NCBI GenBank assembly: GCA_045837725.1
Contig: JBEWZL010000110.1
Span: forward strand, 1 to 46,919
Direction of reading: 5' to 3'
Length of the DNA stretch: 46,919 nt
DNA from: Vermamoeba vermiformis
Taxonomy: Eukaryota
Shown in pieces: positions 1 to 9,789 of the stretch; within the stretch, counting starts at the first letter, position 1; every line of letters starts with the position of its first letter. The notes beneath the pieces were generated by a model, which worked only from the letters and a program-made list of their open reading frames with translations, did not search any database and was not told where the DNA came from. A program made the position numbers and the translations under genes.

Positions 1-292
1 CGATTGTTCGACCAGATCCGAACAAAGACACCCCTAACACTTTGTACAACAATAAACATTTATACATTCATTATTTTATTATACCTGTGACTCTGATGAT
101 GAGATTTCCCTGAAAAAAATAATTAGGGCTATGGAGCCCTGGAATCATGCATGGTATGGGTTGCAACTTTTTCCATACTGGGCCCAGAAACCATGAGCGG
201 ACATGGACCCATTATGTGCGATGGAGACAGCGATGGTGCGTACGTAGACAGTACAATAATGGTACACGAAAATTTTATAATAAAAATTTATT

Positions 293-2767
293 TACAAGTA
301 CACCTGATTTACACGTTCCAAAGACTCAGCGGCAACATCAGCTGAATGCGAATACGTTTGTATTGTTCTTGCCTGTAATTACAACTAGTTAGTGACATGA
401 ACTTCAAAATAAAATTGACGTACCCGATGACTTGTTGGTGTTCTTGCTGTACGTTTGTATCACTAATATAATTAATTAGTACTTATTTATGCAATAATAA
501 ACTATACTTACCAATTGTCTTAGTCTTTTTGTTTTGCGGCTCATTCTCGTCGTTCGTGTCATCGTGCTTTCGCTTCTCTGACAAAGTAGTTAGAATGGCC
601 AATAGCTGTCAAGGTAACACTTACTTGAGCATGCAACTGCATCAGCCACTTTGCTAAGCTCTGCAAGTGTTGTTAGACACGTGAGATGCGAATAGTGTAA
701 AGTAGTACTTACTAGCCTTTGATGCTGCTTTGGCAGTACTCTTGGGCTTCTTCACTACCTTTGAGGACAGTGGCGTGGGCAAGGACATGTCCTGAAGCTT
801 GCCTTTCGATGCACTGGGTGCCATTGATGACTTGGAGACAACGCTGGGCACCTGCTTTGGCGTGGCATCTGGCTTTGATGCAGTGTTGGTCTTGGATTGT
901 GGCTCGGGAGTAGCTCCCGCCTTGGTGGCGTTCTTGAGTGTAGACGAGGCCTTGGGCACTGTGGATGCCTTAGAGACAGCGCTGGGCACCTGCTTTGGCG
1001 TGGTATCAGGCTTCGATGCAGCGTTTGTCTTAGATTGTGGCTCGGGAGTAGCTCCCGCCTTGTCGGCGTTCTTAGGCGTAGGTAATCCCTTGGGTGTCTT
1101 TGACGTGTCCTCAGATGAGGTCTTGGCCTTGGGAGTAGCAATGACCTTGGCTGCAGGTGTCTTGGCGTTTGTCGAAGTTGGTTTGGCCTTGGTGCTGCTG
1201 CTTGCTAATGCCTGTTCATCATCATGAGGCTGCTCGCATTGATCTGATCCATCGGGCTCTAATTAGATTGATGAGTCAATTTAATTATACACTCGTACTT
1301 ACCTTCCTCTTGGTCTTCGTCCCCGTCATCATCGAAGACTTCTTGGACTTCAGCTTCATCTTCGTCTTCACCGAGCAGATAGTCACCATCGTCATTGACT
1401 GCCTCGGCATTGTCTTGATCAGGTTGACAAGTGTCGTTCATCTCGTCTTCATCAGATGCTATAGAGCGATTGTTGGCCTGTTCATTTCGTCCTGTATGTT
1501 GTTTAGTTAAAGGTCAATAGGTTTAATTAGTTTTGACTTACTACGGTACGCAGGTACATCGTTGGCATCATCTGGGTCAGCAATGTCTGCATTATCTGCA
1601 TTATACATTAGTTCTATTTGTTTACTAGTTAACTGTTACCTTCATCAGCTTCGAGATCACCTTGTTCCTCAGCATCGACAATGTTGTACACGAGAGTCAT
1701 CAGTTCGTTAATGCCATAAGTTCCAGCCTTTTCTGCCTCCTGTTGATTAGACGCCTCTACTAAGGTGTTAATACGAAGCATATATATACAGTTAAGCAAC
1801 TTACTCGATGCCAAGATCATTATTTCTCTCGCGTACGTAACGAAGACTTGGGGGATCTCCATCGTTGCGTCGTACTTTCCAACGTACTCCCTGCAAACAG
1901 TTTGAATAAACTGTGATGCGTCAGAGCTATAGGCTTCTTCTCTAGTGTCCTTGATGCGAAGCCTGAGCTTTGGCGTTTTGAACAACTTCGTAGCCAATTG
2001 CTTTCTGAACACCCGTCTGTGCTCGTTGAAGTCTTGCCCTAGCTGATTTATATATGTTAATAATGAAGTCGCATGTCTAATCAAGAGTATAGCTTACTAT
2101 TTGGACCAGGCCTTTTGCTTGGGGAATATCACTCGCTTGGATCCAGTCTTCTACTTTGTGTTGCTCAGTCTTGATGCTTAGGAACGGATCATTAATGAAG
2201 GCCTTCGCGATTGTAACCTTGGATATCGATTTCTGTAAGAATATAGTTAGATTTGAGCAACAACAGCAAGGACAAAAGACTTACGTGGATCTGAACGGCG
2301 TCGGACTGATCGGCAATCAGTCCTTCGATCTTCTCTAGCCTCTTTGTTGGATGGGTGTCGCCAAACACCTCTTTCATGGCTGCATCAAGGTCGCCAAGTT
2401 GCACGGCAATACGGAGGCAATTCAGCCACTGTTCATAGTCAGCTGGTAACTCGATCCTACAAAAATTGGGTTAGTATTTGACTCTGAATATTTATAATAA
2501 TTTTAAATATTACCCTTGGGCCCCTGTTGTCGTTCGCTTGGCTTGGGTTTCATTTCTGAGCAAAAGTAGAATTAAGAAAATTCAGATCGGTTTGGCAGAA
2601 AATCGGAACAGGCTTGAAAGTATTTGCTTAACCAAATAAACGGTAAATTTCGATACTATGTAAATATTGCTCATAATATTTGATGGCTAAATAAAAAAGA
2701 AAAGCAATGAAACTTACCGTTGCTGATCGGCGGGCACCTGATCTCTTGCGTTGTTGTTCGAACTCAT
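293..2767 (-). CDS. Multi-exon hypothetical protein: helical N-terminal part, acidic D/E tract, K/A/P/T/S-rich (histone H1-tail-like) C-terminal part; probably transposon-encoded
   Basis: ATG at 2767 (MSSNNNARDQVPADQQR) splices in frame through exons ~2514-2555 and ~2284-2456. Further exons match ORFs 1629-2084, 1259-1441 and 654-989. CTTAC (minus-strand GTAAG) donors are visible. The 3' end is uncertain. Confidence 0.6.
835..1073 (-). repeat. Internal direct repeat, period 138 bp (46 aa), two diverged copies
   Basis: 835-935 vs 973-1073; encodes KNA(D/T)KAGATPEPQSKTN(A/T)ASKPD(T/A)TPKQVPS twice. Confidence 0.9.
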
Positions 2768-2894
2768 TGCTGACGAAAGTAGAGGTTAATCTGAAGTACA
2801 AAATAGAGAATGGTGGTTACAAAAACAAATAAAGATTAAAAATAATCAAAACGTAACGGCAAGCGTACTTACCAAAAACTGAAGTTCGAACACA

Positions 2895-5800
2895 ATGGAC
2901 TTGATCTACAAACCAACAGCAGTTAGACATCGCGTCTTTTGTAATGTATGTCATCATGATATACCTACATTACAAAAGCAGAGCCATCGTGGTACGCGAG
3001 AGCACCTGGAGAATCTTTATGAGCTTGGTAAAATGATAGAAATATTTGCTATATTAAAAAATATTAATATTAGTGATGCATAGCGTTGAAACTTTATGAA
3101 GTATATCAGCGATATCGAAATCATGCTGATTTGGTTGAAGAAGAAATTCAAAACGTCGATCCGCAGACGGAAGTCAATGTCAACGTACCTGCTCCTCCAG
3201 AGGGTACAAATTGCAATATCAAGGGCACCATGCACGAAGGATATGAATCAGATATTCTTGAAATTGCTGGCTACTCCTGGTAAGTTAACTAGTTAGAACA
3301 CGCGTGCGTTTTAATATCATTTCCTTTTTAGGAAAATTGGTGCTGAAATGAACGACAAAGGAGCAGAGATTTACCTGGAGTATTTAATCGACGAGAATAT
3401 AAAATTCATGATGGACATTGATATTTCCGCGAAGCTACGCTCATCGGCAACCAACTACACGTTAGTCAAAGGTAGTCTTTGATGTTAAGTTTAAACTCGC
3501 ACTTACCTCTCATTAAAGATATCAAGCATATCTTGCTCCAACCAAGCAAGCGATGGGTGTCCATATACTGCACCGCCCCACTTGAGCTAGGCGACTCATT
3601 CGAGTTGGATCTGATCATCAAGCCCAACTTCTACAACAGCTATGAGCGACCACAGCAAGAAGAGAAGCCACCCAAATCACGTCGAGGTCGCCCTAAAGAG
3701 TATAGAAAGTATAAGAATTTGTCTACAACGTTGCTAAATTGTTGGTATAACAACAATCGTAACAAACCACTATCAGGTACTCGTGTCACGCGTTGAACGA
3801 ATCACTTACCAAATTATTCACAGAGCGAATGCTTCAGCAATTGATCGACATACTCAAGCACGTTGGATTCATCATTGAAGATATCCCCAAGTCCGTCTAC
3901 TTGCTGCAGAAGTGTGATGAGTTTATACTTGACAGCCTGCAGCTCTACGAGTACACGTTCAACGGAACGGCTGAAGTGATCAAATACTATCGACCAGAGG
4001 ATGTTCTTCGTTATGTCCTAAACAGCAAGTCATTAACTGAGGGTATGATGTCGTAGTACACAGCAACTAGTTACTTACGCTAGTCAGGTTGGGTTTCTCG
4101 ATCGACAGACTCTGCTGTTGTCAATCATCCGTCTGATTCCGAGGCATGGAAGCTGTGCGAAGCCCACTTCGAAACGGAGGTTGAATACAGCAATGCTCGG
4201 TTGGTGTTGCCTGTTCTATGGATCGATGGCTTCGTCGGTGAGCTCACGCGCAAGAAGACGTACTGTGCATTCAGCCTGACGTTTGCCAATTTCTCTAATG
4301 AAGTAAGTATCGATTGCTCGCATAATAACGCTGCCTACTTACCATATACAGCTGATGGCCAAGCACAAATCCCGTTTTGGTATTGCCAATCTCCCGCCGA
4401 ACTTGTACAAACGCAAGGACGAGTTCATCAGAGATGCTCTCATACCGTTCTTTAAGGACCTTGAATCAAGACGATTAGAGCCTGCTTTGATCGGTGATAC
4501 TTACGCACCAATAGTTGGAAGACTGTTCGCAATCAAAGGTGCGTGTGTCTAACTAGTATATACTCATACCTGTATCAACCAGGCGACCACATGGCAAAGA
4601 TAGAGCTTGCTGGTGTTGCTGGCACGAGAGGATATCGTGGCTCTTTCTATTCTATGACAACGAGTGACGACTTCACAAACTTAGACAAGGCTCGTAGATG
4701 GCACGTTCCTCAAGAGTGTAAGTAGTAATTGCTAAGTTAAATAATAACGTTATTATTTAAGGCTTAGATATGATTATTCGATTACAAACCTTAACCGGAT
4801 CTGAGTTCACCAAGTTCAAGAAGGCGTCAGGAGTTCGTGCTGACAAGGTATGGACCAGGAACAATTAGAACCTACTAATGAGATAATTAGAGTCCGTTTT
4901 GGGATCTGCCATACTTTGTGGAAGATTTCTATCGTAATTTTAGTTCGTGTGGCTTGCATCTGCTAGCGCTCGGAATTATCAAAAGACTAGCAAGATACAT
5001 TGGTCAAAAATTAGGCCAGATATATCGGAAAAGTAAGATCGCTTCATTAGCAAACTATTACTTACCTTAGTAGATGTCAGTGAGAACATCCATAAACTCG
5101 ATCCGCCATCAAACTTTGATAAGATCTCGATGTCAGTTCATGCAGAAGGAGGAAGTACGTAACGACTAGTTAGATAGTCGATTCTTACCTTTGTTTCCAA
5201 ATTTAGAAAAGCAAGTGTTATCTTTGTCCGGCGGCCAGTGGCGAACCTTTGCTGCAGCATCGATCATCTTCAACAAGAAGTAAGTAACGAAAACAAGAAA
5301 TAGACTTTAAAATACTTACTTAATTAAAGGTACATGAATAATCATGATTACGAAGACTGGAAATTGATCATGAACAGAATTCTTTCGATCTTTCGTGCCA
5401 CGTTCACGAAGCAGGAGCTCCAGCCTGGTGGTTCGTTAGAGACTAGTATTAAGAACGTGCAAAGCGAAGCAGGAGCTCCAGCCTGGTGGTTCGTTAGAGA
5501 CTAGTATTAAGAACGTGCAAAGAGCTATGATGGTATGTGTGGATTATATCAATATTGTACTTACTTGTGGCATTCCAAGCGCGTATTCCCAGTCGACAAA
5601 TATAATTTCAAATTTCCGAACTTTGAGGCATTGATCGCTTTGCCTCGTCAAATCCTCTTCTTGGGTCCACTGCACTTCCAATCGACTGAAAGAGAAGAAG
5701 AGATGAATCGCCGCCGTCGTCAGGTCCTTCAATCAGCGAACAGAGTAAACCCGGCTTCGCATATTACTAAAGTGGTATGACTACTGATACCCTAGAGACA

Positions 5801-6492
5801 ATAACTATTAATAAAGAGATATTAGATCGAGAAGGAACGCGCAGCTGGAATGGTTGCCTTTGAGGATGATGAAGGCGAGAGCGTGACGTTCAATGAATTG
5901 TTTAATCGATCCAAGAAGAAAACCCACGCGTAAGTGACCTACTATTGTTATTAATATTGATTTTGTATCAGTAATTATCATACGTTTGGAACTACTGGCC
6001 CCAAAACAAGAATCGGACAGCTGGATCGGCCACGCATCTTCGAACTAACAGCCAACTACTTCGATGTTGATAGGCAACATATATGCCTAAAGTACGCATA
6101 CAATATCAAAGGCTTCTATTGGAGAAACAAGAAGGTGTATCCTGGCGACGAGGAGGGGCTGACTGTTGAGGTTTGTTAGTGACTCGGATCGTGTCAATGA
6201 CTAACTTACGGATCAGTTCAATAACTCCACAGTGACGGGATTGATTGAATCCTTATTCGTAGTGAATGTAGTCACTATTGCAGGGCATCGCAGGCAAGAG
6301 AACGACCTCCTCTTGTGCGCACTTCGTCCAATCGATGTTCCGAACACGCACGACACCGTTGTAGAAGGAGAACTTCAAGACGCATCAGAAGTCGAGTTCT
6401 ACCCGTTAGGATGGGGAGGGTATGAGCTAAAGCACGTTGCACGTGTCGTCAGACCATCCAGTTCGTCAGACAAAGTGTTTGTTTGGCACTGA
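2895..6492 (+). pseudogene. Plavaka/CACTA(EnSpm)-like RNase H-fold transposase, multi-exon, frameshifted in this copy
   Basis: N-terminal C2H2-like finger FCNVCHH...SHRGTREH and AT-hook-like RRGRPK. Core motifs are VLWIDGF, GDHMAKIELAG, SPFWDLPYF...CGLHLLALGIIK and FPNFEALIALPRQILFLGPLHFQSTEREE. The 58-bp duplication at 5407-5522 creates TAG at 5502-5504. Confidence 0.75.
5407..5522 (+). repeat. Perfect 58-bp tandem duplication inside a transposase exon
   Basis: CGAAGCAGGAGCTCC...AACGTGCAAAG occurs identically at 5407-5464 and 5465-5522. Confidence 0.95.
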
Positions 6493-7467
6493 TCAGATCG
6501 TGGCAAACTGAAGCACTCGAAAATATTAATACGTATTATTAATCAACAAATATTCGTCCATTGTTAAATAAACTTACTTTTAAATATTTATAGTTTGATC
6601 CGATGGGTCTGAAGATTTACTGGAGCTTCAAAAAAAATTTAATTGCAAATCCGCCAACCAAAAATTTAAACTATTATTGATAAACGCTAACTGCATATAA
6701 TATTACCTACATATTCTAGCAAATAACTATTTTTGCAAAAATCCTCCTTGCAAAGTAGATTCGCATAATCGCTCGGGTTGAGATCCTTGGTAAAAGCTGT
6801 AGTTGCATATAATGGCAGCGTACGGCCAAATACTTGCTATTTAATATAAATACTGCGTGTACAAGTCATAGAGTCCATTCATTGTGTTGTGTTTGTGGAT
6901 GCGTACGAATTGAAATTAAAAAAAGTTTAAAGTATTGCCTCATCCAGAATTGCGCTTTATTTAGTTACACCAAAGTATTGAAGCATTGAGCAATTCGATG
7001 CCCGTCCAAATACCCTTGACGGAGCAATATTGACGGATCTGACCAGTCATGGGTCGACTAAGCCTTGGTCAATGGCCTGGCATGGGGTGCGATTAAACAG
7101 TAATAATCTAGAGTACTCTTTAAAGGTTTTGAGGGTATATAACGGAGATCCACCAACCTTAATGTACCCAACCGTACCTCACTTAAGTAGCAAAAAAATT
7201 TTACCTTATTAATACAGCAATAACTATTCACTAAGGGTAATTGATTGAGCATATTGTTTTTGGAAAATTCAAAAAAAAACTTCCTGCCATCAGATCGAGC
7301 GTCCAGAAATGTACGTTAATTATCTCAATCACTACAAATAGTCTAACTGTTGGGTAACATTTGATTGAGTTTTACCTCATCAAAAGTTTATCCTGTGACT
7401 ATTGCCACGATAACTACTATCAGACATTGCCGAACATGCTCGCGACAAGTTGACCGCTCGATCTGGA

Positions 7468-8455
7468 TCACCGATGCCATTTTGGTTGTACATAACTTGA
7501 ATCATCTGAATCACTGTCTATTAATATTGTGCTTAGTCATTGCTTTTTCAAACAGGCGTTGCCTTACCACTGTTTTCTTCGATCTGATCCATTTGCTTGG
7601 GCTTTGGTATGACCACTGGCTCTTGATAGCGGAAGTCCTTGTGTTTTGTAAAGAATGTCAACGAGAAGCGATGACCTTTGATCAACTCGGCATTGCCATG
7701 GACCAACTGCCTGCTTTTAAAAAATATCGCATCGCCAGCAGCCAGCTTGAATCGACAGCCCAACTGGTGGAATACCAAGTCCCCGCCTATTTAGTCGTTA
7801 TTAATTATCACTGAATTTGACCACCGATCTTACCAGTATAATCCCCGAACGGAATGACCAAGCAGTGGCCATCTTTGTAATCACCACTGTCAATATGAGC
7901 AGAGGCAATTCCATCGATATTAATGGCCATTACTTTGAAGACGCGCGTGATGGCATTTGGATCGCCATTGACGGCCACGTAGTCTTTATACATTTGCGGG
8001 AAATGGTTCTTCACCAGGGCATCGACAGCATCATACAAGCCAATTGTACGGAATTGAGCCAACAGAGCTTCGATGCCCGGGACGTTCTTGTCTTTTGAGT
8101 GAGCCGTGGCAACAATATTCTTGCCGCCACGAGGAGACCATGCCCCTGCATGGTACGACCAGGAGTTGATCCGACCGCGTTTGTGCTTTCGTCTTTTACG
8201 CTGCAAGAACTTCAGCAATGCCTTCCAAGCCCCTCTCCAGACCACTTCTTCGATGCCTTTTTCAATGCTCTTTACGAGAGTGCGAAATTGGGGCTCTTGT
8301 TCTCCTGGCCGTAGCAGTTGTTTGTCACCCGAAAACACGGTGAAGTTGTCGACAGGCTTCGCTTGGAGCTCTTCGGCCAGATCTTTGCCCTTTTTGCCCA
8401 TCGGAAAGGGCTTTGGTGGGCTTCTGATTGTTCTAATGGACCAGCGACGGCGCAT
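7468..8455 (-). CDS. TET/JBP family 2-oxoglutarate/Fe(II) nucleic-acid base dioxygenase
   Basis: Removing intron 7787-7833 gives YHAGAW...AINIDGIASAHIDSGDYKDGHCLVIPFGDYTGGDLVFHQLGCRFKLAAGDAIFFKSRQLVHGNAELIKGHRFSLTFF. This has HxD, the distal H and the 2OG-binding R in TET/JBP spacing, plus a basic NLS-like RKRRKHKR. A probable last intron at 7506-7567 leads to a stop at 7468. Upstream exons near 8600 are possible. Confidence 0.85.
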
Positions 8456-9490
8456 CTACTTTATTGATAATAAAATTAATTAATCAAAGAAAATTACGGC
8501 AAAAATAATATTATTAATGGCATTTTAACATTATCAAGCTAATCATCCTTTTATTTAATATTAAAAAAATTGGTTTTGGCTTCGAGTTGAAACTTACGCA
8601 GTAATAACCGGCAAGAACTGTGATGGCTTAATATCCGCTATAATTAAAAAACACGACCAGTACTTGCGAAGTTCCACAAATGGTCTGATCGCTGAACACG
8701 AAAAATTAAACTATGCTAAATGGCTTAGGACTCAATTAGTAGCCTCCCAAGCGTTGGTGTTCGTGCAATGAATTTTTCTGGTTCGTCGTGGAAGAGCAGC
8801 CAGACCGAAATTGGAAACGCACACTTGTCGTGTGTTCTTCGATCAATTCCTGTACAAATCATTTTTAAAACAAACGCAGAAGAATGAAGTCAACACTGGC
8901 GTCCAAATCACCCAATAATATCTACTATGAATATATCAATAACGAGCTTGAATATGGCCTGGACTGATATAGAAGCGCCGTGTCAAGGTACTAAATGTCC
9001 CCGTGCTCTATTATTTAACTTGAATTTTAAAACCATTTTAACTGCTTTAGTATGAATTTATAATGTAAGAGGTCTTGATAGAGCGCATAATTATTTTTTT
9101 CTGTTATTTCCAAAGCTCGATCTACGATAACAACCATTTCCCACCATTTTCGCGGTTAGAAATTAAAATATCAAACGTAAAATATCTTTATTTGAATAAC
9201 AAATATTAGTCAAATTACCCCAAACTCTAATCAACTTTACCAATTCGTTGTTTCTGTGATCCCAAATCTCGCGAGGTTGACCAAGACAAACCTTGTTTCG
9301 CCAAATAAGCCGCTCTACGCGATAAAATAATGCACAATTTATCAATATTTGTCATTTTTATGCTTAAATAATTCGTACAAAGCCTTCAATACTATCGTCG
9401 TTCCGATCTTCCCCTCGATCAGCCGCCAAGCTCGCGTATTGCCAAAACCTAACATTAATAATCGCCATATATCGCTCTTAAGGCACAATT

Positions 9491-9781
9491 ATGCATAATA
9501 CTGGCGTCCAATTTCCGATTATTTTTTCCTTGCCTTGTACGTTGCGCGAGGCAAGAACGAATTATTTTCTGCAGGATCAGAAACTACGGCAGCAAAAGAA
9601 GGAACGAAATAAGGAGGTGCAAGCAGATTTCACTTACGGCGAAAATGACAGTCCTAAAGATCCTTCGTCAATATCCTGTGGTTGCAACACGATGCGCTGT
9701 CGTTGTATAAAAGGAGCAAAGGGTTGCACTGACGGATGCCGCTGTACTGGATGCAGCATTTTATGGGCTATCGCGAAGTAA
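9491..9781 (+). CDS. Small protein/exon with Tesmin/TSO1-like CXC cysteine cluster
   Basis: CGCNTMRCRCIKGAKGCTDGCRCTGC, preceded by a basic KLRQQKKER. An acceptor TTTTCTGCAG ends at 9573, so the true start is uncertain. Confidence 0.55.
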   Translation: MHNTGVQFPIIFSLPCTLREARTNYFLQDQKLRQQKKERNKEVQADFTYGENDSPKDPSSISCGCNTMRCRCIKGAKGCTDGCRCTGCSILWAIAK

Positions 9782-9789
9782 CGGAGAAA

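Noticed and set aside
799-1227. Plus-strand 142-aa ORF
   Set aside because: Antisense shadow of the low-complexity minus-strand exon.
7365-8483. Several plus-strand ORFs overlapping TET/JBP
   Set aside because: No motifs; explained as antisense frames.
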